Shown piece by piece: positions 39,679-53,693 of a stretch of DNA of 64,000 nt (the stretch's first letter is position 1; every line of letters begins with the position of its first letter). Origin of the DNA: Eledone cirrhosa (Eukaryota); NCBI GenBank assembly GCA_964016885.1, contig OZ024742.1, forward strand, positions 237,770,001 through 237,834,000. Direction: 5' to 3'. The translations under genes and the position numbers were made by a program. The notes under the pieces were generated by a model that saw nothing but the letters and a program-made list of their open reading frames with translations, did not search any database and had not been told where the DNA came from.

Positions 39679-40254
39679 AATGTAATCTGAGTTTTTCGAA
39701 TGTTAATAATAATATTTGATTCGTTTGCAATTATGCAAACAAGCCTCATTTTTAAAGCCATGTCAGTAGAATGAGCCCCTCATTCTTGCTCTTGTGTTGG
39801 CATGTAAACAGAACTGCAGACACTAATGTTTCTGGGTATTACCCTTCATCAGTACAGTTCAGTTGTCACCTGCCAACTGTCAGTCGGCAGGTGATCAGGA
39901 AACTAGCGGCCAGCCTGCTGGTATGGAAATCTGGCTGATCAGTGGATCTGCTAATATGCAGATCTGACTGATCAGCCGGTCTGCTAATATACAAATCAGG
40001 CCGATCAGTCACTGTGTATTTTAGAAAATATCATATATTTTCACTAGCTCTGAGAGTTGGCAGGTGAACAGTGAACTGAACTGATGAAGGGTGGTACCCA
40101 GAAACATTAATGTCTGCAGTTCTCTTTCCATGCCAACACAAGCGCAAGAATGAGCGGCTCATTCTACTGACATGGCTTTGAATATGTGGCTTATTTGCAT
40201 AATTGCAAACGAATCGAATATTATTATTAATATTCGAAAAACTCAGATTACATT
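39679..40254. repeat. ~205-bp inverted repeat, each arm carrying a type I hammerhead (39811-39860 -, 40073-40122 +)
   Basis: gaactg(t/a)a-CTGATGA-a-gggt/accc-a-GAAA-catta(a/g)tg-TC-tgcagttc. Confidence 0.85.
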
Positions 40255-40284
40255 CACCCCCCCCCCCCATATAAATATATATAT

Positions 40285-40620
40285 ATTAAAATAACAGATT
40301 AAAGTTTAAGCAAAGAATCACTACTTTCACCCTTAACGGGATCTTCTGAAACTAAAAAAATCAATCTGTGAACGCAGAAGTAAATATTTCGAAAAACGTT
40401 GAAACCGAAGGAAAACCGGAAGACGATACTCTGGTTCGTGGAGACGTTTCCTGGCAATGAACGGAAAAAAAGCGAAGATAATAAGTCATTATGCGGAGCG
40501 TTGAGAACGATTACGCGCAAAGACAAAACCACGTTTATGGTATAATTGAAGTCGTCGACTAAAATTCTATTTAGGAAACCGAATGATTCTCGGCTCAGAG
40601 TTAAGAATAATGTAAATAAA
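40285..40620 (-). mobile_element. Family D element with a hammerhead variant at 40303-40353
   Basis: Reverse complement of 11900-12240. Confidence 0.78.
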
Positions 40621-40839
40621 TTACAGAGGTTATTGAAATCAACAATAATTAAATATATACATGCACGCTTCCATATACGTACATACACGTGCATACGTGA
40701 AAACACCCGCATGGGTATGCAAAGACAGGCACGTACACAAAAACACGCACACACATACAAAAACCCGCGCAACACCTGTACCCGCACACATACGAACGTA
40801 TACACCAAATACACATAAAAAATATATAAAAAGAAAATA

Positions 40840-40913
<74 letters not shown>

Positions 40914-41952
40914 TTATACATATAATTATATAAACGTATATAAATATACACACATAAATACGTATATAACGCGCGCGCACACATACCTATAGGTAAATAC
41001 ACATATGTTCGCTAAACGTACGTCAACCAAAACACAAAGTACACATATACACACACTATATACGTGCAAACCCGCATACACACAGAAACGCAAAATACAC
41101 GTATACACATAACCATATACACATATACCAGTATATATAATATAATATATACACCTATAACAAATACAAGCAAATATACGTACGAGAAAGTATATATTGG
41201 TTAGAATATGTGTTGGTTAATTACCAACACTTCAGTATGCAGTGGGGTATGTTCACTCCGGAGTATATTTATAAACAGGATGTATAAGTCAAGAGGTTAT
41301 AAATAACTTCGTTTATTCATAGTTGCTGTTATATAGATCTAGGTCATAACCGTTATGCAGCAGCTATGACTTCATCAGACAGCTAGAAAAACACAAAGAT
41401 GAAATAAATCTTACTTCTGTTATTTCGATTCATTGATATGCTCTGGGCTGAATTTGGTGTTGCTTTCTCAAGGCACCGGTAGAAACATCAACATTTTTTT
41501 CTTCCATTTTTCATCTATATGTATTCTTATTTATTTGATTGATTGGGATATCAAATATATGATTGTTTAATTATTACGTTCTATACTTTAAATTTACCTG
41601 ATATTTTCCCTTACAATGCCAGTTTATTCCAGTCTGTCTTCATAGTAAACTGATTAATAGGTGCTCTTTCTATCATATAGAAATTATATTTCATATAATA
41701 TGAAAGATTCAATTGTTAATCACTAACTATTAATATTGAACCCAATTTTCTAATTTCTATCCCTAATTTACACATCCTCACATTTGTTTGTATTATCTTC
41801 GACGGATGACTATGAAGTCTAAAGTTATATATTAGTAATGTTATACTGTATATATCGGAATATTTATATACATGCCTGTTGAGATGTATATTGTGAATCA
41901 TGAAAATATTGGTACTCGGTAAGTATATGCACACACATATACACACACACAC

Positions 41953-42017
<65 letters not shown>

Positions 42018-42193
42018 TGTGTTTGTGTGTGTATGTATGTGTGTTTGTGTGTGTGTGTGTGTGTGTGCGTGTATGTGTGCATGTGCGTGTGTTTGTATGT
42101 GGAGGTAAAACTGTGTTTGTGTATCTATAAGCATCTATGAGGGCGTATATGTATTTATATATTACATAATTATATTAATAGATATATGTATCT

Positions 42194-42380
42194 GGCGGTG
42201 GATTGGCAGTATCGGTAGAGGGTCGGGCGCCATGCTTTCAGCATAGTTACGTCCCTTTACGATCTGAGTTCAAATCCCGCCGAGGTTGACTTTGCCTTTC
42301 ATCCTTACGGGGTCGATAAAATAAAGTACCAGTAATGCACTGGGTAATTGCTGGCCTTGTGCCTAAAGTAGAAACAATTA
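42194..42380 (+). mobile_element. Main-family SINE with a ~20-bp target-site duplication
   Basis: attaatagatatatgtatct on both sides. Confidence 0.92.
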
Positions 42381-42569
42381 ATAGATATATGTATCTTTGT
42401 GGATGAAAGTGTTTTGCTTAATATACACTCATAACTTATAAATAATCCTTTACACCTCTCTATAAAGACTGTTTTTAAGTGATTAGTTCTTAGTTACTAT
42501 TAAAATATACTTAGTTACTATAATAATATACTTAGTTACTATTAAAATTGATTGGAACTTAAATTAAAA

Positions 42570-42733
42570 CAAGACAACCCGTGACCCTTTGGGTCACGTT
42601 CGCTTCAAAATATTTTTTTAAAATCATGTTCACTTAAAAATAATTTTTAAATAATTAAAATATACACAGACATGTATATAATGTGAAATGAAACTGGAAG
42701 GCCCATATACGTGTGTGTATGTATATATATAAA

Positions 42734-42765
<32 letters not shown>

Positions 42766-42843
42766 GGCGTCTATAATCTATATACACTGATCATAGGCAC
42801 ACACACACATATACACAGATATATATATATATACACACACACT

Positions 42844-42904
<61 letters not shown>

Positions 42905-42983
42905 ACAACGGTTCTTATATATTTGATATATATTTATCCTTATCGAGCCCTCTTTGGATTTTAGTCTTCAAATTTATTATTAT

Positions 42984-43020
<37 letters not shown>

Positions 43021-43154
43021 ACACTACCAGCTCTCTCTCTCTCTCTCTCTCCCTCTCTCTCTCTCTCTTCCATTCTCCTTCTCTGTCTCCTCTCAATCTC
43101 TCTGTCTCCATTTCAATCTTCTCTCTCACAACCACTATCTCTCTATCTATCTAT

Positions 43155-43207
<53 letters not shown>

Positions 43208-43643
43208 TCTCTGTTTATGAAGGTACCCGGAAAAACCCCATATCTCAGGGACCCGTGGTCCGATTTACACGAAACTTGTTTTATTCCATTTGTATTCCCA
43301 TTTCAGGGTCAACTTCCTTTCAACGTATTTTCCCATTATGCACCCGTTTGGCTGTATTACATTAGAGACAAGCAAGCAAGCAATGACAGAGTTTTAGTCG
43401 TATAATAGACCACCTGTGACCCGTTGGGACACATTCAGTTCAAAATATTTTTTTAATCATGTTCACTGAATAATTAAGACACACACAGACATGTATATAA
43501 TGTGAAATGAAACTGGAAGGCCCATATATATACGTGTGTGTGTATGCATATATATAAATGTGTATGTGTATACATATATATATGTGTGTATGTGTGTATA
43601 TATATATATATGGGTCTCTGTGATCTATATACACTGGTCATAG

Positions 43644-43683
<40 letters not shown>

Positions 43684-44035
43684 TCACACATATATATATA
43701 CACAACCACACCACTAGCCCCCCCTCTCTCTTCCATTCTCCTTCTCTGTCTTCTGCCCCTCTCTCTATGTCTCTCTTTCAATCTACTCTCTCACAACCAC
43801 TATCTCTTTCTCTCTATCCTTCTCTCTCTCTGTTTATGAAGGTACCCAGATAAACTCCACATCTCGGGAACCCGTCCTCCGATTTACGAGAAACTTGTTT
43901 TATTCTATTTGTATTCCCATTTCAGAGTGCATTTCCTTTCAAAGTATTTTCCCATTAAGCGACCTTTTGGCTGTATTACATTACAGACAAGCAAGCAAGA
44001 AAACAAGTAATCACAGACTTTTAGTACTATATAGA
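42570..44035 (-). mobile_element. Head-to-tail dimer of a non-autonomous Helitron
   Basis: Units 42570-43409 and 43406-44035. 5' end TCTATATAGTACTAAAAG; 3' hairpin cgtgaccc-aaa-gggtcacg before the CTTG/CTA terminus. Confidence 0.75.
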
Positions 44036-44797
44036 TAGATGTATTATTAATTCTATTCCTTAATGTTCATTTGTTTATATAATTTATATAGATACGTGCA
44101 TTAGATTCAAGAGTCGAACTAATTACTACTTGATATATTTATTTCTAATAAATTTTGTATTGTGCGTTTAGTCTCCATAAATTTTAACGATTTCCAAAAA
44201 TAATGTAATTAAACCCTGGTTATTATATCCATTTTATATATGCTCTGTGATGTTGTAAAACTACTATGACTGGAAATTTACTAATTGGATTAAACTCTGA
44301 ACTGTCTTTTACCAATCAAATTGCGGACCATGTTAGAGTACTCCATACTTGGGGTAGTAGAATGGGTAATATGAAGGATTCAGGACCCCGACGGCTAAGC
44401 TCCAGCTGTTTCAACAGCTAGATCCGAACTCGTATATATATATATACTTCTTTCTCTATACGCTTAATGGGATTTCATACACTTAGAATGGACATAAGAG
44501 ACGAGTGTAACAAAAGCCATGTTGATGGCGTCATATCTTAAACTTTTTTTGCTATACAGCTGTTGTCAATGGCAGTTGTGTTTGTGTCGATGTGTGTATG
44601 ATTGTGTGTGTGCGTGTGAGTATGACAATGTTGGAACAGCTGTATGTATATGTCTGTGTTCACTTGAGTGTTTGCAAATATGTGTATATATATATGTTTA
44701 AGTGCGTATGTATGTGCCCCCACACAAATATGTATCTGCGTGTGTGTGTGTGCGTGTATATATGTATCATAAATAAAAAATGTCTATGCAATTATAT

Positions 44798-44988
44798 AAT
44801 TGTTTCTACGTTTGACACAAGGCCAGCAATTACCCAGAGCATTACTGGTACTTTATTTTATCGACCCCCGTAAGGATGAAAGGCAAAGTTAACATCGGCG
44901 GGATTTGAACTCAGAATGGCAAGGGCCGTAACTCTATACGTCAAAGCATAGCGTCCGACCCTCTACCGATACTGCCAATCCACCGCCC
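44798..44988 (-). mobile_element. Main-family SINE with TSD
   Basis: Full length; tatgcaattatataat on both sides. Confidence 0.9.
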
Positions 44989-45316
44989 TATATGCAATTA
45001 TATAATAGTAACATAGTTCGATAACAATAAAACTATATCCCTATGGAAACCTATTATGGCTAAAGTGTTGTAGAAGACAATTTCATGGCTTCTAAGTGGA
45101 AAGTTGATTCTCAGCACCAACATGACGAAGTTGAGAGGATATAAAATAGTAGACATATAATGTGTATAGGCGGGGAGTGAAGAAAGGATAAGAGAATTAA
45201 GAACCTGAACGATGTATTAAGCACATGTTTGATAAGGCGAAGTGTATAAGCAATGCAGTATTATAACACACAAAAATAAATCGGTCTATCTTCGCTTCGG
45301 TGTACGAGAGGAAGTT

Positions 45317-45363
<47 letters not shown>

Positions 45364-45434
45364 ATCCCCCCCCCCCTCCCGGGTATAATACACACACACA
45401 AATACTCACACACAACATATATATATATATTTAA

Positions 45435-45664
45435 GCATTCGTCACTCAGTCACTTGCACCTTTCCCAATGTCGTCTATGCCCTCCGGTGTTCCCCTTGTG
45501 GGTCTATCTATATCAGCGAAACAGGCCGCCGTCTGGCGGACCGATTCGCCGAATACTTTCGGGACATATGACTATGTAAAGCCATTCCTGTCGCTCGTCA
45601 CTTCCGTTCCGTTCCACACTACTCAGACATCCTTTTACACCACGGATCTACAGTCAGTCGCTCC

Positions 45665-45665
<1 letters not shown>
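45435..45665 (+). mobile_element. Penelope-like GIY-YIG endonuclease fragment (second lineage)
   Basis: TCTFPNVVYALRCSPCGSIYISETGRRLADRFAEYFRDI*..PVARHF. Confidence 0.85.
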
Positions 45666-45697
<32 letters not shown>

Positions 45698-47995
45698 CGT
45701 GTCTGTGTGTGCGTAGTTAAGGAGCTCGATTCGTAACTACGAGATTGAATAGTCACTACTACTATGTCGCACTCTAGATAAGTGTCTTCTCTTATAGCCT
45801 CGCTCTGACCCAATGCGTAGTGAGTGAAGTTTGGTTGACGTAAGGTGCAGGTGACCATTGTGCGTGTGCGTATGTCCTGCAATTTAGCTGTTCGACTAAG
45901 AGATGGACAGAATAAACAGTTAAAATCTGTAATGATTTAGCTGAAAATACCATAAAATGGGTTTGTTAATTCAAATGATTATAGTATTATACTTTTTGAC
46001 ATATCTTTGTGAATATTTACTGTAAAACTTCAATTTTTATGTTATGTAATTTACTTTTTATCATTTTGCTAATGTGATTTTATATGGTACACGAGGTTAC
46101 GTTAAGAGTTACGGCAGTGACCAGCATGGACACAGCAAAAGAATTTGAGCGATTTTTGTAAAATCGAATACTGTGTCTGTAACAAATTAAATTTGGGAGC
46201 CACTGATATGCACAATTGATTTAACCCCAATACTTGGTGTTTTATAATTTTGTGGTCGCTAAAATAAAGTAACAGTCAAGTTAACTTCGGTACGATTTGA
46301 AACTAAATAGCCCAAAGAAAACACTGCGGAATGGCCGAGTTGTATGGAGTCAGATTAAATGCCTCGGTAATTGTTCCCCATAACTGCGCTCTGAATCCAA
46401 ACCCTGCCGTGGTCAACTTTGCCTTTCAGCCTTTCGATATCTATAAATAAAGTAACAATTCAGCAATGGGTCAATTCTGCTTCTATTTCTATCAGTTTCT
46501 CTCACTAGCTCTCTTACTCTGGAAAAATCAGTTGTCATCAGACACGCGGGGTTTCACGATGGAGCTTCCACAACTCCATCAGGAGTTAAAAGCCCTTTTC
46601 CTAATATTAACAACGGGTGAACTATCCTACGGTATTAGATTACATGAATTTAGACTTTTAGGTCAAATAATAGTGAAGCCAACCTTATATTTCATCCTTC
46701 AGATTTGACAGAAGGGTTTTTAATTTATGGACAATGTGGAGTGACCAGTCTATTACAGCTACGCCAATGATTGACTAGTAAGAGGCAATGTGGACCTCGA
46801 CAAGATTTGAACTCAGCACGTAAATAATCGAAACAACAACCGCAAAATATTTTTGGCAACCCTTCACCCTTTAATAGTTTCAATTTAAGTGATTAAATTG
46901 GTCCCGGTACAAGATTGGGGTTTTATCTTATCTTATCGGAACAAGACATCATTAGTTTGAGAGCTCCTTCGAATAAAAAACAAAACAAAACACAGCAAAA
47001 AAAACCCGACCGCTTGCTCTAAACAACACTATTCAAAACTGCTTAAGGTGCGAAACCATTGATATGGTTTGTATTTAGATAAATATCTTATTACAATTGT
47101 CTAATTACTCTAATTGTACCATAAATGTATTAATATTCCCAAGATCTAGTGCAGTACTCAGTGGAGAAGACATATCATTCACATATGTATGCTATTTAAA
47201 ATATATTGGGTCTAAAAAAAATAAACAATAGATATACGAAATATTAATTAGTATTTCGAGTAATTATAATTAGTTTTCTTAATAGACATTGATGTATTTT
47301 TAAGAAGTTCGTTTCGCAACAACGTGATTGGGGTTTACTCCTATTACGTAAAACCCTGCATATGTGTGTATGTGTATGCTTGCATCACTCTCTCATCCCT
47401 TCCCCTTCCGTATTTCATCATTATTCCTTCTAGAATCACTGAAAGATGCCATAGCGCAAAACATTGGGTAATAATATTTTCTCACTTTTTTTAAGCGTAT
47501 AATAGTTTTTGATTTAGGCACAAGTCCAAAAACTTTGGTGGAGGGAAAGTCGATTAAATTGATACCAGTGCGTTACTGGTACTTCATCTGAGAAGGATGA
47601 AATGCAAAGCTAACTTCGGTGGGATCCGAATTCAGACATAAAGGGTCGTAACTATATGTTGCAAAACATGTTATCCCACGCTCTACCGACACTGCTAATC
47701 CACCGCCTTCTTAAGCGTAAGAATAATAATTTCAATTATAATATATTCAATCTTGTTGCAGAGCTTTGTTCCCGTGTTCATGTTATATATATATATATAT
47801 ATAACAGAGCAAACAGCACGGACACTCTATCTCAAAATTATTTTTGAAAAGCATTTAGAAATGCGCAACCGGTAAAAACTTAAAAACTTAAAACCACAAC
47901 TGAATACTAACCCATACAATCACTAATACTCTTTTATTCCTAATTAAACCATTTTTCAACTGTGAACAATTTGTCAGCATTTTCTATTCCGTTTA

Positions 47996-48033
<38 letters not shown>

Positions 48034-48222
48034 TTATATGTATATATGTCTTATATGTATATATGTCTATATATGTTCTCTACGAGACTTTTTTTTTCGT
48101 AGAAAATCATTAGGCTGATTTCATACGAATAAAAATGCATACATTCTACCAATGTATTGAGCACCATTTTTCACTGTGGTTACTCCCCGACACAACTTGG
48201 GAATCTACACATATATATGTAA

Positions 48223-48285
<63 letters not shown>

Positions 48286-48286
48286 C

Positions 48287-48370
<84 letters not shown>

Positions 48371-48504
48371 TATAAACAGTCGGGATTGGACGGCTGAGCT
48401 CTTGCCGTTTTAACAACTAGTTCCGGACGCTATATTCTACTACCAGAAGCATCGCGTACTCTGTTGAGTAATGGTCTAACTACTTTTAAACTGGTTCTAT
48501 TCCG

Positions 48505-48599
<95 letters not shown>

Positions 48600-48602
<3 letters not shown>

Positions 48603-49237
48603 CCCAGGAAAATCCGTTATCAGTGGTCTACTAGCCATCATAGGTATTTCTTCGCATTACAGACCATATACCTCAAGCTAGGGCGATACAATAACTAAAT
48701 TAAGTTATTGGGATCATTCATATATCCTTTCTCCTTCGCTGTGACCTGTCTTTTTCTCTTCCCTTACTGCTATCCTCTTTCTCTCTCCCCCTTCTCTCTC
48801 CTTCTCCCTCTTACTTTCACTCACCCCCTCTGTTAGTCACCTTCTCTCGGCTAGCCTCTTCCTCACACTTTCACTCACTCACTCTCTGCTACTCACCCTC
48901 TCTCTCACTTCCTCCATCGCCCCACACCGTACGAGATTCTTTCCTCGCTCACATCCGCACGGCTAAGATGTGTCTTTGCCTGCTCGTCAATATTCGCAAG
49001 TTCTTATGTTCAAAATGAATTATTGATTTGATTTTCTCATTTTTTCCTATCTTTACGTTGCCTCACCATTCCTGTTTGTTCACCTGTCTCTCTTTCTCCA
49101 TCCAACTATTTTTATCCCAACTTAATTTAGTTATTGTATTGCTTGAGGTATATGGTCTGTAATGCGAAGAAATACCTATTATGGCTAGTAGACCACCGAT
49201 GACGGATATTCCTGGTTTCTATTTCTAATTCTTCATT

Positions 49238-49240
<3 letters not shown>
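48600..49240 (+). mobile_element. Family P element with inverted ends, each holding the permuted HHR-like motif
   Basis: 48600-48710 is an inverted copy of about 49115-49222. Motifs at 48617-48673(-) and 49146-49202(+). Confidence 0.8.
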
Positions 49241-49565
<325 letters not shown>

Positions 49566-49719
49566 GCAGGCCTTAGAGACGCTCATTACTAAACCTTACA
49601 CATTTTACACTGTAATTTTGCAGTATAAAACGCACACTTATTTTGAAGTTAAACATTTGGGAGCAAAATAGTTAATATACAGCTAAATTTATACATGGCT
49701 TTTGTGGAGTATACATCTT

Positions 49720-49885
49720 ATTGGCAGTATCGGACATGCTTTCCAGCATTGTTACGTCCCCTTACGATCTGAGTTCAAATCCCGCCGAGGTTAACTTTGC
49801 CTTTCATCCTTACGGGGGTCGATAAAATAAAGTACCAGTAACGTACTGGGTAATTGCTGGCCTTGTGCCAAAAGTAGAAACAATT
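49720..49885 (+). mobile_element. Main-family SINE
   Basis: A/B boxes, core and tail are present. Further degenerate copies lie near 600, 1340, 1985, 5655, 5840, 47505 and 55705. Confidence 0.88.
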
Positions 49886-51246
49886 ATATTCATACCTTTA
49901 ATGTGTAGGAACCATGTAGATTTTGATATCAAATATTTGTTATAAAAAATGTGCGTCATATACACTGAGAGATACGGTAATTAAATGTATTATCATTTCC
50001 TGTGCAATAAATTACTAAATAAATCACTGAATATTCCTGTGCAATAAATCACTAAATATCTTTGCCGTGTGGCAGCGTTATGGAAATATCCAAAGTGATG
50101 AAAAGTCTCGTTGTGTGTTGTAATGAGCTGGTGTATGATTTGGTTTGGGCGAGCGTGGACCATCTAATGAAACATGCAAGCTTTGTCATGGTAATTTTTT
50201 TTACTGTGGACAGAGCAAAAAGTGCGAAAACTTAGTTTTGTCAATTTACCAAAATCTAAGCTGAAAATATTTCATTTTGAAGAAAGAGGCGCATTACTGA
50301 GGGGAAATATCACACATTGTTAATTTAGTGTACTAAGTACCATGCATCGGCTCTGAATGTATCAGGGGTCATTTTAAGATTATTGTACCGTTTTTAATGC
50401 ATTACCGAAGCTGTTGCACCAATGTCGATGCCTTTCTCATTATCAGGAGCATTGCTGTTGTAAATATGTTTACATTTAATCAAAAGCAAGAGAAGAAAGC
50501 TAAGCAGCTTGCTTTGACCGACCATTCCCTTTTTTAACCAGATGCCATCAACATCTCCGATTTATTCGCTTCACGGACTTCCTTTTTCCTCTGCCAAATT
50601 AGAGGGAGTGCATCCCACGTAAAGAAAAAGCATCACGAAGAGGAATGACCGATGTAGCGGTAATAGTTGAGTGTTGTTCTCCACGGCAATGATTGCGCCA
50701 TTTTGTCCGCATAACGTAGCAAATGTGATAGACCATCCAGTCAAGAGTATATAGTCTGTCACGTGATGTGGAATGGTTCATGCAGTAGGTATCAGATGCT
50801 GTTCTCCGAGGCAACATTTTCGTCCTCATATGCAGCTGAGATATACTGCATATCCAAAGGAAGAGAGTTTGTCATTCCTCTACTCCATCGTTTTATTTAT
50901 TCCTTTGTTTTCTTTATTTTATTATATTTATTTTATTGCTCCATTTCTTTCATTTTCATTTTATTTATTGTTGTTGAATAATTTAATAGTAAAGAGCAAA
51001 ATTTCTAAGACAAACAAGAAGAAAGAAAAAAGGAAGAAAATTAGTATTTCTTGTAAATTGTATTCTTAATATATTCGACAATAAATTTAATAAATTTGTT
51101 GTCGAGAGAGATAACTAAATATATTTGATTTTCCATGTTTTGATAACAAGATTTCTACACTGCTAATAAATACACACACCCCAACACAACGGACGCCCCC
51201 ACTGATACACACTCGTAGGCATGTGCAGAAAAACACACACATACAG

Positions 51247-51337
<91 letters not shown>

Positions 51338-52070
51338 TGTGTGCGTGTGCAGGTATGTGTGTGTGTGTGTATTGCAGGAGATAAGTTGCTTATACATAGT
51401 TATTACGTTGTAACCTCTTGTGGGTAACCCGGTCCGAGCGATCCAAAAGCACTTCACGTCATTAATTTATCCTAGCTAAGAGTTTGGTGATTAGGAGTGA
51501 TGGAGAATCCATTTATCTAATAAGAGTAGTTAAGATCGGATTATTTCACCATAATTGCATTATTGCATAATATATATTTCTGTTACATGGTTATGCATGT
51601 GACTTCATCAGATTCTTACGCAATAACAGGTGTAGTTATGCAATCATTTGGATATACTGCTGGCCATATATAACCATCCTGTTGTGATGCCAGCAGACAT
51701 ATGAATCTCTTTACTTATTAAGTTCTAGTAGTAGATGTATCAGCCTTCTGATTGGTTGATTTTGTAGGCTCCGGGTAAAGTTTCAATAATTAATTGTTGA
51801 TAGATTTACTGCTACATCTCAGCATGTAGTCCATTACTTTTTCCGCAATCGTTTGCTCTTTTGTTATTTGTCAGATTGACATTGGCGTCAGTATGTCTAG
51901 TGACGAAGGCTTGCTTTTGTGATGGTGGTGCCGTTGACGTTGAACACAACGACAACAGCAACAACAATGATAACAACACCATTTACAATAATGAAGATGA
52001 TGATGGTGATGCTAGAAATGAAACTAGATTATAATCACACATTAAAATATGTATACATACAGATTATATA

Positions 52071-53631
52071 TATATATGTGTAAATATGATAATAATGGAG
52101 CTGCGGCGCTGCAAATGGGTTACATAGGAAAAAGTTTGTCCTCATCAGTGGCCATCCAACCGTCGTAGGCATTTCGTCGCATTAGAGGCCATATACCTCA
52201 GGTTGGTGCGAGCAACGGCTAAAAAAAGTCGTTGGGACACGTAAATAAGGGGGCCGCTAGGGTAAACGAACAAAATGGTTTAAGCAGCAGAAAGTAATGA
52301 AGAAGGAAACAAGTCCCAGATTTCTATGAATATAAATTAAATTCGGTGAAATCGTGAACGAGAGAATAAAGACCATCAAACCTGGTTGAAATGTGAGCAA
52401 GGAAGGAATTTCGCACAGGTCTTCTTCCTCCCGTTAGACCTGTGCGAAATTCCTTCCTTGCTCACATCTGTTTCGTTCTTTGTGTCTTTACCCTTTCTAG
52501 CAGTCTCTCTCTCTGTTAGTCTCTTCCTCACCTTTCATTCACTCACTCTCTGTCACTACCTCTCCTCCTCCCCTTTCTTCCCGTTTGACCTGTCTGTATT
52601 CCTTTTCTCGCGGGCACTTGGCCAAGCCGGTATGAATTTTTTTTCTCTCTCTCTCTCTCGTCTGCGACTTCACAGAACTTATGTTTACCGAATTCGCAGA
52701 CCAGACCCCTTCTTCCTCCCGTTAGACCTGTGCGAAATTCCTTCCTTGCTCACATTTCAACCAGGTTTGATGGTCTTTATTCTCTCGTTCACGATTTCAC
52801 CGAATTTATATTCATAGAAATCTGGGACTTGTTTCCTTCTTCATTACTTTCTGCTGCTTAAACCATTTTGTTCGTTTACCCTAGCGTCCCCCTTATTTAC
52901 GTGTTCCAACGACTTTTTTTAGCCGTTGCTCGCACCAACCTGAGGTATATGGCCTCTAATGCGACGAAATGCCTACGACGGTTGGATGGCCACTGATGAG
53001 GACAAACTTTTTCATATGTAACCCATTTGCAGCGCCGCAGCTCCATTATTATCATATTTACACATATAATTTTCCTCTGCTGCCACCAGTCTGTTTCGTT
53101 CTTTGTGTCTTTACCCTTTCTAGCAGTCTCTCTCTCTGTTAGTCTCTTCCTCACCTTTCATTCACTCACTCTCTGTCACTACCTCTCCTCCTCCCCTTTC
53201 TTCCCGTTTGACCTGTCTGTATTCCTTTTCTCGCGGGCACTTGGCCAAGCCGGTATGAATTTTTTTTCTCTCTCTCTCTCTCGTCTGCGACTTCACAGAA
53301 CTTATGTTTACCGAATTCGCAGACCAGACCCCTTCTTCCTCCCGTTAGACCTGTGCGAAATTCCTTCCTTGCTCACATTTCAACCAGGTTTGATGGTCTT
53401 TATTCTCTCGTTCACGATTTCACCGAATTTATATTCATAGAAATCTGGGACTTGTTTCCTTCTTCATTACTTTCTGCTGCTTAAACCATTTTGTTCGTTT
53501 ACCCTAGCGTCCCCCTTATTTACGTGTTCCAACGACTTTTTTTTAGCCGTTGCTCGCACCAACCTGAGGTATATGGCCTCTAATGCGACGAAATGCCTAC
53601 GACGGTTGGATGGCCACTGATGAGGACAAAC

Positions 53632-53693
<62 letters not shown>

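Noticed and set aside
50050-50870. Non-repetitive stretch that might be an exon or transposase relic
   Set aside because: No motif or splice pattern that I can support.
52386-53440. Duplicated 137-143-aa ORFs
   Set aside because: They arise from the pyrimidine-rich tandem unit, have no ATG start and show no domain.
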